64,000 bases of DNA from Phycisphaerae bacterium (GTDB taxonomy: Bacteria; Planctomycetota; Phycisphaerae; Sedimentisphaerales; Sedimentisphaeraceae). The translations under genes and the position numbers were made by a program. Each line of letters begins with the position of its first letter. The stretch's first letter is position 1. Shown here one piece after another: positions 31,047 to 42,289 of the stretch. Location of the stretch: positions 88,687-152,686 of the forward strand of contig JBFWMM010000001.1 of assembly GCA_050251615.1 (NCBI GenBank), given 5' to 3'. The notes under the pieces are model-generated. The model was given only the letters and a program-made list of their open reading frames with translations. It had not been told where the DNA came from and did no database searches.

Positions 31047-32349
31047 CTCTGCGGTCGTATCTGGCATTTCCTTCCGGAACAAGCGATATTGTGTCATCGT
31101 CGTCCGCCAGTAGTTTCTGTATGCCGACGGTCGCTCTCTCAACGGCGTCATCAAGCGCCAGTTGCAAGTTACAGTGTTCACAGTCTCTGTCGCAGTACCA
31201 CGGTTCATAACTGTCGGGTTCTTTGTACGTGGTAATTACGCCCTCATAGTTTCTCAGGATAACCTTGTTGGTTGACCAGGAGATGAGGTAATTGGGCATA
31301 ATGGGGATTTTGCCACCACCGCCGGGCGCATCAATGACGTACGTAGGCACGCAGAGGCCGCTTGTGTGGCCGATGAGGCTCTCCAGTATTTCGATTCCCT
31401 TACCGATTGGTGTGCGGAAATGCGAAAGACCTTCGGAGAGGTCGCACTGATAAAGGTAGTACGGGCGCACCCTGTTGGCCACGAGCTTATTCACGAGCGA
31501 GCGCATAATACGCGGGCAGTCGTTCACGCCTGCAAGCAGGACAGACTGATTGCCCAGCGGTACTCCCGCATCGGCAAGCCTCGCCAGCGCAAACCTCGAT
31601 GACGCTGTAATCTCGCGCGGATGGTTGAAGTGCGTGTTAATCCATATGGGGTGATGCTTCTTTATCATCTCGCAAAAATCTTCGGTAATCCTCTGCGGCA
31701 GAACGACCGGTGTTCTTGTGCCGATGCGTACCATTTCAACGTGCTCTATTTTGTCCAGCTCGGTGAGGATTTCATCGAGAAGCTCATCGGAGAGCAGAAG
31801 CGGGTCGCCGCCGGAAAGCAGCACGTCTCTGATCTGTGGCGTGTTGCGGATATAATCCAGTCCGGCGTTAAGGTCTTCACGCGAGGGTACTGAATCGACA
31901 TCACCCACTTTCCTCTTTCTCGTGCAGTGGCGGCAGTACATCGAGCAGACATTGCTCACGAGAAACAGCACACGGTCGGGGTATCTGTGCGTGATGCAGG
32001 GAGCGGGGGAGTCCTCGTCTTCGTGGAGCGGGTCGGCCATATCATTCTTCGATATGACCAGCTCCAGCGGAGAGGGAAATGCCTGTAAGAAAATCGGGTC
32101 GTATTTCAGGTTGTCTGTGTCAATCAGGGAGAGGTAGTAGGGAGTTATGGAAATAGGAAACTTCTTTACCGTACGGTTGAAATCCTCACGTGTTTCTTCG
32201 TCGAGCTTGATGTCGAGAAGTTCCTCGAAGGTTTCCAGGTCTTTTACCTGATGTTTCATCTGCCATTTCCAGTTGTTCCAGAGGCTGTGTACAGCTTTCG
32301 AATCTATGGCGTTTATGATATGTTTCTGTTGTGTTGTAAGTTTTCGCAT
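31036..32349 (-). CDS. ablA: Lysine 2,3-aminomutase (radical SAM), AblA/KamA type
   Basis: [42 protein letters not shown]; C-terminal CDRDCEHC extension. Confidence 0.9.
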   Translation of the reverse strand: MRKLTTQQKHIINAIDSKAVHSLWNNWKWQMKHQVKDLETFEELLDIKLDEETREDFNRTVKKFPISITPYYLSLIDTDNLKYDPIFLQAFPSPLELVISKNDMADPLHEDEDSPAPCITHRYPDRVLFLVSNVCSMYCRHCTRKRKVGDVDSVPSREDLNAGLDYIRNTPQIRDVLLSGGDPLLLSDELLDEILTELDKIEHVEMVRIGTRTPVVLPQRITEDFCEMIKKHHPIWINTHFNHPREITASSRFALARLADAGVPLGNQSVLLAGVNDCPRIMRSLVNKLVANRVRPYYLYQCDLSEGLSHFRTPIGKGIEILESLIGHTSGLCVPTYVIDAPGGGGKIPIMPNYLISWSTNKVILRNYEGVITTYKEPDSYEPWYCDRDCEHCNLQLALDDAVERATVGIQKLLADDDDTISLVPEGNARYDRRDDA

Positions 32350-32915
32350 TATAATTCCTCTGAGTTTATTTCATTTATTTTAACTCTTTCGCCAGACATC
32401 AAATTCGGCGATGAGTCGAGCTCGCAGGCTCCCATCATTGATACTGTCTGTTCGAGTGAAAGTGTGAGCGTGGCCTGCTCAAGCTCGGAGAGCTCTTCAA
32501 AAGCCTCGGAAAACTGCTCCTGGAGCAGCGTGGGCGCGGTCCTGGCAACTTCTTTGCCCGTTTCTGTAATCGTCAGTGCTATCTTTCTCCTGTCATGGCT
32601 GCTTTGGACGCGGTTGACCATTTTTCTTGCCACAAGCCTGTCAACGATACCGGTTGTAGTGCTCATCCCGAGCGAAATGTCTTCGGCGAGCTCTGAGAGT
32701 GTCTTGGGCTTGCCGTCCATTAACGAGTGCAGGCAGATGAGCTGCGGGGTGGTTATATTGTATTCTTTGTGCAGGCGGCGGGAGTGTATATCAACCGCTC
32801 TGATTATCTTTCTGAGCGATCGAAGTATCCGGACCTGATAATCCGTTGCCCTGTTTGAGCCTGCCTGTTTATATTTGTCCATTGTATTTGAGTCTATCTG
32901 TTTATGGTTATCCAT
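32349..32915 (-). CDS. MarR family regulator, EctR/CosR-like
   Basis: [53 protein letters not shown]; TAATG overlap with ablA. Confidence 0.8.
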   Translation of the reverse strand: MDNHKQIDSNTMDKYKQAGSNRATDYQVRILRSLRKIIRAVDIHSRRLHKEYNITTPQLICLHSLMDGKPKTLSELAEDISLGMSTTTGIVDRLVARKMVNRVQSSHDRRKIALTITETGKEVARTAPTLLQEQFSEAFEELSELEQATLTLSLEQTVSMMGACELDSSPNLMSGERVKINEINSEEL

Positions 32916-32947
32916 TGTATTTGTTGCCGGTGGTGTGCATGTAAAAA

Positions 32948-32965
32948 CGTTTCGTACACGAAGTA
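32948..32965 (-). promoter_or_regulatory. Candidate MarR operator (8-2-8 pseudopalindrome)
   Basis: Minus strand TACTTCGT-GT-ACGAAACG, directly downstream of and touching the -10 box. Confidence 0.55.
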
Positions 32966-32992
32966 TTATCGCTATTCCGCCCGTAAAGTCAA
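32965..32992 (-). promoter_or_regulatory. Sigma70 promoter of the marR-abl operon
   Basis: Minus strand TTGACT-N16-GATAAT. Confidence 0.55.
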
Positions 32993-33022
32993 ATCAGACG
33001 ATTTGTCATCCCCTGCGTAATA

Positions 33023-33038
33023 TGGCAGGGCGTTTGCC
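33023..33038 (+). promoter_or_regulatory. Possible sigma54 promoter upstream of pgi
   Basis: TGGCAGGGCGTTTGCC fits GG-N10-GC with mismatches to consensus. Confidence 0.3.
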
Positions 33039-33097
33039 GGTGACCTTTTATTTGCGCAATCTTTCCGTATAATACTCACCGACACTTTTTATCATAA

Positions 33098-34759
<1,662 letters not shown>

Positions 34760-34785
34760 CAGCCGCTTTAATATGTTTACGCATT

Positions 34786-34813
34786 GTAGAGACGCGAAAT
34801 TTCGCGTCTCTAC
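34786..34813. repeat. Perfect 28-bp REP-like palindrome
   Basis: GTAGAGACGCGAAATTTCGCGTCTCTAC; same family as the copies at 2558 and 2723. Confidence 0.85.
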
Positions 34814-34839
34814 TTCATCCTGCCTTTTAGGGATTGAAT

Positions 34840-35799
34840 ATGTTTTTAAAACCGCTGAAGATTGTTACACTTGCAGGTTTGCTTTGTGTTCATGCAGTTG
34901 CAGTTGTAAGGACAATCAAGATTGAAGTTGATGATAAAATGAGAAGCTATGAGCTTTATATGCAGGACAATCAGCATTCCGGCGAGCCTGTTGGCGTTGT
35001 AATAATGCTTCACGGCGGTGGCGGAAGGGCGACATCTGCGATGCGAGTAACCCGCTGGAACGAAAAAGCAGAAAAGGAAGGCTTTGCGGTTGTCTATCCA
35101 GAGGGTACAAGGCCCTCCCCTGAAAAGCCTGCCAGTTTTTCTCGCAACCCGCAAACCTGGAACGATGGCTCACGCAGACTGCATATCGGGGCGGTGAGAA
35201 AAAACATTGACGACATCGCTTTCCTCGCGGGGCTCATAGACAGCTTGCGGTCTCGGGATGATATAGACAGCTCAAGGATATACGTTACGGGCTTCTCCAA
35301 CGGCGCCTCAATGGCGTTCAGAGTGGCAAGAGAGCTTTCCGGTAGAATAGCGGCCGTTGCGCCGGTAGCGGGGGCGGACTGGCTTCAGGAGAAAATCCCC
35401 GCACGGAAAGTTCCCGTTATGTATATTACTGGAACGAATGACCCGCTGAATCCGATAAAGGGCGGTCCTGTCAAAATGGGGCAAAAGTATTACGGCGAAA
35501 AAGCTCCCGTCAAGCAAATTATAGACGCCTGGACTAAGTTGCACGGTTGCGCTGCGGAGCCCGTAATCGAGCATAGAGAAAACGCAACGTTATACAGCTA
35601 CTCACCCGAAGCCGCTGAAACCGCGGCGTTTGTTTACTGCGAAATCGAGGGGCACGGACATATCTGGCCGGGAGGCATATCGTTGCTACCGGGGAGCATG
35701 GGTGGCTCAAATACGTCAAAGATAGACGCAACCGACCTGATATGGGACTTCTTCAAAAAACATAAATTGCCGGAGCAAGCTGCTAAATCAGCCGATTGA
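34840..35799 (+). CDS. Secreted alpha/beta-hydrolase esterase (LpqC/PHB-depolymerase-like)
   Basis: Signal peptide, MLHGGGG, VYPEG, GFSNG nucleophile elbow, GTNDP and GHIWPGG. Confidence 0.8.
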   Translation: MFLKPLKIVTLAGLLCVHAVAVVRTIKIEVDDKMRSYELYMQDNQHSGEPVGVVIMLHGGGGRATSAMRVTRWNEKAEKEGFAVVYPEGTRPSPEKPASFSRNPQTWNDGSRRLHIGAVRKNIDDIAFLAGLIDSLRSRDDIDSSRIYVTGFSNGASMAFRVARELSGRIAAVAPVAGADWLQEKIPARKVPVMYITGTNDPLNPIKGGPVKMGQKYYGEKAPVKQIIDAWTKLHGCAAEPVIEHRENATLYSYSPEAAETAAFVYCEIEGHGHIWPGGISLLPGSMGGSNTSKIDATDLIWDFFKKHKLPEQAAKSAD

Positions 35800-35824
35800 G
35801 CTGAAGCCTGCAACATGGCGGCCA

Positions 35825-38800
35825 TTATTCCGCCAGCAGCTTTACGGGCCCGAGCAGACCGCCCGGCTCTTTTTTCCAGTCCGAGCCAACCCTGATATTG
35901 GTATTCGTAATGCGCTGCTCTGCGGGTTTGGCGCTGTCTGAAATCAATCTGTTGCGCCAGCTGTTTACCACTGTTACTTCAAGCTCATTATCACCGTTCT
36001 TGATTACTCCTGTCGCTTCTATCCTGAACGGCTTAATCCAGGTTATTCCAAGATCGCTGCCATTAAGTTTAACCGAAGCAATACCAACGTCCTGAACATT
36101 GGCAAGTTCAATCCAATATCGTTTGCCGGTTGTGATTTTCTCTGCGCTGAATGCTGTCCTGTACGTTGCGGGGCCGGAATAGTCGCAGATTGCGTTCTCT
36201 TTTATACTTCTCCAGTCTGCAAGCGCGTTAAAAACAACTTCTCCGCAGCCGCCGTACTCAGGCGGGAAGTTTACACTCCAGGGGCCCTTGATCGTCATCA
36301 CGCTTCGCTTCGCGGGGAAGTTCGGCTTGCCGTTGCCGCTAACGGATTCAGAAATCTCATCATCGAATACGACAATGAGCGAACCGTTCGGGCCGAATTC
36401 AAGCGGGAGAGTGGTTTTGCCGTCTTTCTGAGAAAATGTCGTTGCAGTTGATACTTCACCGGTAACGGGATTCCATATCTGTGGCTGCCGGCCGCTTACG
36501 CGGAATGTGCAGTTCGAGCGGATTGCATCGGTGCAGAACGAGGTTACAAAATACACGTCTTTGCCGTCTATATTGTAATGGATATAGTCGATGTTGGCGT
36601 TGGCGGGAAGGGTGCAGCTGAAATCGGGATCGATGCCTTGCGATTGGAGGTATTCATGCGTCGTCATGCCGCTGATAAGCTTGCCTTTGCCGGTTTCTTT
36701 CCTGTCCCACAGCGAGGCGGCTGTTTTCCTGAAGAACTCCTGAGCCTCCTTGCCGCCCGAGAGGCTCACCATCCGTTCGGGCTTTTCCCCGAGCACGGTA
36801 GCTCCGTCGTGCAGCAGCTCCGCAACCTTCTCCAGCGCTGCTTTTGAGAGTACTCTGTGCGCCGGCAAAGCGAGCAACTTGTAGCTTGTGCCACTGGGAG
36901 TTACGATATTGCCCGCCTGATCTACCGAGAGCTGCAATAAAACATCCTCGTTTGTTACATCATAATCGTAGCCCGGCAAAACTCCCGCCGGGTCTGACTC
37001 CTTCAGGCCGAATATGTTTGGGACATGGTCGCCGTAGTAGTAGAGCGCGTCCGCCTGGAATTTTCCCTGCTGCAAGACGTACTGCACGCGCGAAATGTAG
37101 TCCATAAACCCGTCGCAATAAGGCCACCATGTTACCTGCGGGTTGATGTGGGTGCCGGCGAAGTATTCCTGGCCGGGCAGCCCCATCTCTTTCGGCGAGC
37201 AGGTAAATGTATGGAAGAAGATGAGGTTGAGCCCCGAGCAGAATTCGTGGTTCATGCTCGGCAACTGTGATGCCCAGAGCACATCGTTCCAGTGCCGGCC
37301 GATTGTGGTAAAGGATTCCGCGCCCACAAGCTGTTTGCCGTAGATATGCGCGGCGGATGCCGCCTGCTTTACGAAGAATCTCTGCGGCGGCGTGGGGCGG
37401 TGCGGTGAGGGCGCCCAGAACTCGCTCATCATTATGCTGCTGTGGGAGTAGTTTTTGAGCCCGTCAAATGGTCCTGCGTGCGGGCCAGCGGATTCCGGCT
37501 GAATGCCGATGCCGTATTCATCTGCTCTTTCGGCGAAACGCCGGTAATGGTTTTCGCTGATGCAGTTTCCGATGGTCTTTCTGAAATCTGCCAGAAACGC
37601 GTTACTCGCCTCGCGGCTGTCCACAATCTTCCCTGCGATTACGGGCAGATACTGCTTGATGTCGTAGCCGCAGTAATCGAAGAATTCGCGCTCCATTTCG
37701 GGCGTCCAGTTCATTCCCCCGCATTCCCAGCTGTCGGTTTCGAGCTGCGTCAGGACGGTTCCCGCGAGCGGGCCTGCGAGCTCAAGCAGGGGGCTTACGT
37801 TTCTGTTCCAGTAGTCATCAAACGCCTCTACGCTGAGGTGATCGATTACTCGTCCCTGCCATTTGCCGCTTGATGTGGAGACGTGTGAGTTTGCAACTGT
37901 ATAGCCGAATCTGAGGATTGTCCAGCTGCCTTGCGGGGCGTTCCAGTCGAGCGAGCCATCCGGCTGCAATTTGTCGGATACGTCAATAATCTCTGAGCTG
38001 AAAACATCCTCCTCGCCTGCGGTTGCGGGCAGGTCGGTAAGGAGGAATGTCGTATCGGGTGCGCTCATGCCGATCTCGCTGAAAGCGCTTTTAAGAGCCA
38101 GATCTCTAATCGGCGCCACTACTCTGTTGCGTGCAACAATCTTTCGCCCGTTCTCATCGAGCATGGTCAACTCTGCTATTTGAACATTTCGCGGATTATC
38201 AGGGAATTTGGGGTCGTAAGATTCTGTAACCAGGATTGTGAGCTCTGCCGTTTCCTGCGGCGCGAAGAAAATTTCCGAGCCCGTCAGCTTGACTGAAATG
38301 TCAAAGGATGTGTCTTTGCACTTAATGCGGCAGCTCTTTGCTCCGTATCCCTGCCTGCCTTCGATTTTGATGCCGCTGATCGTTTTTTTGCCTGCAAACT
38401 CCAATTTGAGCCACTCGGGGTGTTGGGAAGTGGGCCCCTGCCCCTGCTCTGTGCCGCCGCTTACCCAGAATGTATCGGGGTTTCCGTCAAAAGCTGCATC
38501 GGCAGGGTAGCCGCGCTGGCTTGAGCTTGCGCTGAATTCAGCCGCGTTTTTATCGGTTTTGTTTTTGTATGCAAGTACGCAGATGTCTCTGTAAAAACCG
38601 TCTCTGGCGGGTGGTTCGGGAAGTGAAACTGACTGACGGGGAGTTGTCTGAACCTCTGACCACGTGAGAACTTTCGCCGCATATTTGCTTGTAACGCCGG
38701 GGCCGCCGAGATTCCAGCCGCTCATAATGGAGAGGCCAAGCTGCAAATCAAGCCTGTTCGCCTCGTGCAGGGCGTGGAGATAAAGCTCTCTCCAGGCGGG

Positions 38801-39070
38801 CGAGCCGAACATCGGCCCCTCGGGCACCTGCGCATTGCCGCGCTGCTCTGCGCCGCCGGCATCGAAAAGCATTGCGCCGCTGAAGCCTTTGTCTGCCATA
38901 GCTTCGAGGTCTTTTGTGATTGCTTCTTTTGTTACGTTGCCGTTGAGCCACCACCACCAGCATCTCGGGCCCGATTGCGAGGTTGGAGATGTGAAGTTGC
39001 CTGTAAGCAGTTCGCCACCGGATGAGGCAAGCAGAATTGTAAAACAAATTAAAACAGCCAGTCTTTTCAT
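35825..39070 (-). CDS. GH106-type alpha-L-rhamnosidase with an inserted F5/8-type C module
   Basis: PRCWWWWLNGNVT, DLEAMADKGF, TDSWE, KQAASAAHIYGK..GAESFT, CSGLN..FHTF; insert AAFDGNPDTFW. Confidence 0.8.
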   Translation of the reverse strand: MKRLAVLICFTILLASSGGELLTGNFTSPTSQSGPRCWWWWLNGNVTKEAITKDLEAMADKGFSGAMLFDAGGAEQRGNAQVPEGPMFGSPAWRELYLHALHEANRLDLQLGLSIMSGWNLGGPGVTSKYAAKVLTWSEVQTTPRQSVSLPEPPARDGFYRDICVLAYKNKTDKNAAEFSASSSQRGYPADAAFDGNPDTFWVSGGTEQGQGPTSQHPEWLKLEFAGKKTISGIKIEGRQGYGAKSCRIKCKDTSFDISVKLTGSEIFFAPQETAELTILVTESYDPKFPDNPRNVQIAELTMLDENGRKIVARNRVVAPIRDLALKSAFSEIGMSAPDTTFLLTDLPATAGEEDVFSSEIIDVSDKLQPDGSLDWNAPQGSWTILRFGYTVANSHVSTSSGKWQGRVIDHLSVEAFDDYWNRNVSPLLELAGPLAGTVLTQLETDSWECGGMNWTPEMEREFFDYCGYDIKQYLPVIAGKIVDSREASNAFLADFRKTIGNCISENHYRRFAERADEYGIGIQPESAGPHAGPFDGLKNYSHSSIMMSEFWAPSPHRPTPPQRFFVKQAASAAHIYGKQLVGAESFTTIGRHWNDVLWASQLPSMNHEFCSGLNLIFFHTFTCSPKEMGLPGQEYFAGTHINPQVTWWPYCDGFMDYISRVQYVLQQGKFQADALYYYGDHVPNIFGLKESDPAGVLPGYDYDVTNEDVLLQLSVDQAGNIVTPSGTSYKLLALPAHRVLSKAALEKVAELLHDGATVLGEKPERMVSLSGGKEAQEFFRKTAASLWDRKETGKGKLISGMTTHEYLQSQGIDPDFSCTLPANANIDYIHYNIDGKDVYFVTSFCTDAIRSNCTFRVSGRQPQIWNPVTGEVSTATTFSQKDGKTTLPLEFGPNGSLIVVFDDEISESVSGNGKPNFPAKRSVMTIKGPWSVNFPPEYGGCGEVVFNALADWRSIKENAICDYSGPATYRTAFSAEKITTGKRYWIELANVQDVGIASVKLNGSDLGITWIKPFRIEATGVIKNGDNELEVTVVNSWRNRLISDSAKPAEQRITNTNIRVGSDWKKEPGGLLGPVKLLAE

Positions 39071-39324
39071 TGTGCCGGATTACCTTTCAAACCATAATTA
39101 TCAAGCTTGCTGAAAGTATATCCGTTTTCGTCGTGATTTCTGCAAAAAAAAGGTTCATCGCGCAATTTAGCGGCATTCATCATTACAGGGATGATGCATA
39201 TCCCTCGCGATTCGGAAAGCCGTTTCGTTGTTCACGAGATGTGATATGAAACAGCGGAGGCTCACGAGCGCCACGCTAATATTGCAATCTTTGGATTGTT
39301 TGTGCAATGGCACTTTTTGCCGGT

Positions 39325-40728
39325 TTAGAGCTCTATGCCGAAGTAGTTCTTTGCGTTGTTGAAAGAGATATTTTCGACCATATCGCCGAGGAGATCCATA
39401 TCGCGCGGGATAAGCCCGTTTTCTGCATCATTGCCGAGTATGTTGCAGAGGATTCGGCGGAAATACTCGTGCCTGGGATATGAGAGCAGGCTGCGTGAGT
39501 CTGTCAGCATGCCGACAAACCTGCTCAGTAGCCCGAGATTGCTCAGCGCTTCGATCTGCTTTTCCATGCCGTCTTTCTGGTCGAGGAACCACCATCCCGA
39601 GCCGTACTGCATCTTGCCGGCGATTGAACCGTCCTGGAAGTTGCCGATCATTGTGGCCATAAGCTCGTTGTCGCGGGGGTTCAGGTTGTACAGAATCGTC
39701 TTCGGGAGGCTGTCGCTCATGTCGAGGCGGTTGAGCATCTTCGAGAGCGATTCTGCTATCGGGTAATCTGCGATGGAGTCGAAGCCTGTATCGGGGCCGA
39801 GCGCGTTGAACATACGCGTGCTGTTGTTTCTAAGTGCGCCGATATGGAGCTGCATTGTCCAGCCTCGGGAGTGGTCGAGCAGGGCGGTTTCGTGCAGGAC
39901 GGCGGATTTAAACTTTTCTGCTTCATCCGTCGAAAGGGCCTGCTTTGCCCTTATCTTATCGAAAATCGCGCTCACTTCTTTATCAGTGTAGTCTGCGGCG
40001 TAGGGGCGGTCGAGACCTCTGTCCGAGATTCGGCATCCGATTTCGTGAAAGAACGCATGTCTGATGTCGAGCGCCCTTATATAGCTCTCGAAGCTGAATA
40101 CATCCATATCCGCAAGAGAAGCCAGCTTGTCAATCCATTGATTGAGCGCGTCAAGATTCTCTACCGCCATCGCCTTGTCGGGGCGCCAGGTTGGCAATAC
40201 TTTCACCTCAAAGCTGTCAGCGGCTATTTTTGCGTGATGTTCGAGCGAGTCTGTCGGGTCGTCAGTCGTGCAGACCGCCGCCACGTTCATCTTGCGCATA
40301 AACTCGCGCGCGCTGTAATGGTTGCGGATCTGCTCGTTGCAACGCTCGTAGATGCTCTTAGCTGTCTGTGGGCAGAGCAGTTCATCGATGCCGAACCAGC
40401 GTTTCAGCTCAAGATGTGTCCAGTGGTAGAGCGGGTTGCGAAGCGTATGGGGCACGGTCTGCGCCCATTTCTCGAACTTCTCCCAATCGCTTGCGTTGCC
40501 CGTGCAGAAGCGTTCGGGCGTGCCGTTGGTACGCATGGCGCGCCATTTGTAATGATCGCCGTAGAGCCAGGCCTGCGTGATATTCTCAAACTTCTCATCA
40601 TCTGCAATCTGCTTCGGGGGCAGGTGGCAGTGGTAGTCGAAGATGGGCATATCTGCTGCGCGATCGTGGTAAAGCCTGCGGGCTGTTTCCGTTTGAAGTA
40701 GAAAATTGTCCGATATGAAACTTGTCAT
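39325..40728 (-). CDS. uxaC: Uronate isomerase
   Basis: DYHCHL, GDHYKWRAMR, NPLYHWTHLEL, GSGWWFLD, GMLTDSRS.LSYPRHEYFRR. Confidence 0.97.
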   Translation of the reverse strand: MTSFISDNFLLQTETARRLYHDRAADMPIFDYHCHLPPKQIADDEKFENITQAWLYGDHYKWRAMRTNGTPERFCTGNASDWEKFEKWAQTVPHTLRNPLYHWTHLELKRWFGIDELLCPQTAKSIYERCNEQIRNHYSAREFMRKMNVAAVCTTDDPTDSLEHHAKIAADSFEVKVLPTWRPDKAMAVENLDALNQWIDKLASLADMDVFSFESYIRALDIRHAFFHEIGCRISDRGLDRPYAADYTDKEVSAIFDKIRAKQALSTDEAEKFKSAVLHETALLDHSRGWTMQLHIGALRNNSTRMFNALGPDTGFDSIADYPIAESLSKMLNRLDMSDSLPKTILYNLNPRDNELMATMIGNFQDGSIAGKMQYGSGWWFLDQKDGMEKQIEALSNLGLLSRFVGMLTDSRSLLSYPRHEYFRRILCNILGNDAENGLIPRDMDLLGDMVENISFNNAKNYFGIEL

Positions 40729-40746
40729 GGTAATCTTTCAAAAGGA

Positions 40747-40781
40747 AACGGGCCGATTGCCGCCTCTGCAGCCGGCCCGTT
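40747..40781 (-). terminator. Hairpin between gnd and uxaC (possible partial terminator)
   Basis: AACGGGCCG/CGGCCCGTT stem followed on the minus strand by TCCTTTT. Confidence 0.45.
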
Positions 40782-40788
40782 CGGTTAA

Positions 40789-42240
40789 TCATACAACGTA
40801 GGTTCTTGCTGCCGTCGTGCCGCCGTGTCCTGTCCAGTTGGTGTGGAAGAACTCGCCGCGGGGTGAATCGAGGCGCTCGTAGGTGTGCGCTCCGAAGTAA
40901 TCTCTTTGGGCCTGAAGCAGATTAGCGGGCAAGCGCTCCGCGCGGTAGCCGTCGAAATAGGCCAGCGCGCTGGATATGGCCGGCATCGGGATGCCCAGCT
41001 CAACCGCCGCCACGATAACGCGCCTCCAGGCTGCCTGTGCGTTTTCCACGGCATCCCTGAAGAACGGGTCGAGCAGGAGGTTTACAAGCTCGGGGTTGTT
41101 GTCGAAGGCTTCCTTGATCTTGCCCAGGAACGCCGAGCGGATGATACAGCCACCGCGCCACATCAGTGCGATGCTGCCGTTGTTGAGGTTCCAGTTGTAT
41201 TCCTTTGCCGTTGCGCGCATGAGCTGGTAGCCCTGTGCGTAAGAAACAATCTTGCTTGCGTACAGCGCCTGCTTGAGGTCTGCAACGAGAGCCGTCTTAT
41301 CGCCTTTATACTTCTTTTCGGGGCCGCTGAGAATCTTCGCCGCTTTAACGCGCTCGTCTTTGAGCGCCGAGAGGCAACGCGCGAAAACGGCCTCGGTAAC
41401 GAGCGTTAGCGGCTGGCCGCTGTCGAGCGCGGCTTCGGCCGTCCATTTGCCCGTGCCTTTCTGGCCGGCGGTGTCGAGAATCATATCAACAACAGCGTTT
41501 CCGTCTTCGTCGCGGTATTTGAGGATGTCGCGGGTGATTTCGATGAGGTACGAATCAAGCTCGCCTTCGTTCCATTCCTTGAACACTTCGTACATCTCTT
41601 CGTTGCTCATGCCGAGCCCCTGCTTCATCAGCTGGTATGTTTCGCAGATCATCTGCATATCGCCGTATTCGATGCCGTTGTGCACCATCTTCACGAAGTG
41701 CCCTGCGCCGTTCTCGCCTACCCACTCGCAACATGGTTCGCCGGAGCCGGTGTGTGCGGAAATCTTCTGGAATATAGGCTTCACGGTTTCCCAGGCGGCA
41801 GGCGAACCGCCGGGCATAATCGACGGGCCGAGAAGCGCGCCTTCTTCGCCGCCTGAAACGCCCGTGCCGATGAAGAGCTTGCCTTTGCTCTCAACGTATT
41901 CTGTGCGGCGAATTGTGTCGGGGAAGTGGCTGTTGCCGCCGTCGATGATGATGTCGCCGTCGTCGAGGAGTGGGAGAAGTTGCTCGATGACCATATCAAC
42001 GGGCTTTCCCGCCTTGACCATTATCATCACCTTGCGCGGGCTTGTCAGGCTTGCAACCAGCTCTTCCGGGCTGTGGCAGCCGATGATGTTCTTGCCGCTC
42101 GCACGGCCTTTGATGAATTTATCCACAACGCTTGTCGTGCGATTGTAACAGGCTACTGTGAAGCCCTTGCTTTCCATATTGAGGATGAGGTTTTCCCCCA
42201 TCACTGCCAAACCGATTACTGCAATATCTGCTTGTGCCAT
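40789..42240 (-). CDS. gnd: 6-phosphogluconate dehydrogenase (decarboxylating, NADP)
   Basis: [45 protein letters not shown] and AQRDYFGAH motifs. Confidence 0.97.
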   Translation of the reverse strand: MAQADIAVIGLAVMGENLILNMESKGFTVACYNRTTSVVDKFIKGRASGKNIIGCHSPEELVASLTSPRKVMIMVKAGKPVDMVIEQLLPLLDDGDIIIDGGNSHFPDTIRRTEYVESKGKLFIGTGVSGGEEGALLGPSIMPGGSPAAWETVKPIFQKISAHTGSGEPCCEWVGENGAGHFVKMVHNGIEYGDMQMICETYQLMKQGLGMSNEEMYEVFKEWNEGELDSYLIEITRDILKYRDEDGNAVVDMILDTAGQKGTGKWTAEAALDSGQPLTLVTEAVFARCLSALKDERVKAAKILSGPEKKYKGDKTALVADLKQALYASKIVSYAQGYQLMRATAKEYNWNLNNGSIALMWRGGCIIRSAFLGKIKEAFDNNPELVNLLLDPFFRDAVENAQAAWRRVIVAAVELGIPMPAISSALAYFDGYRAERLPANLLQAQRDYFGAHTYERLDSPRGEFFHTNWTGHGGTTAARTYVV

Positions 42241-42289
42241 TTGTTATTTTGCTCCGTATTATAAGGGTTTTAAGATTGTGTCTATCCGG

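Noticed and set aside
31047-31208. Long overlap of the ABC fusion ORF into ablA
   Set aside because: Artefact of the longest-ORF start choice; the signal peptide begins at ATG 31046.
31036-32349. kamA as EF-P modification enzyme EpmB or part of lysine fermentation
   Set aside because: It has the long KamA/AblA form with a Cys-containing tail, is linked to ablB, and has no efp/epmA or kamDE/kdd/kce neighbours.
41252-42148. 298-aa plus-strand ORF opposite gnd
   Set aside because: Antisense open frame produced by codon bias of a conserved gene; the same applies to shadows over pgi, uxaC and groEL.
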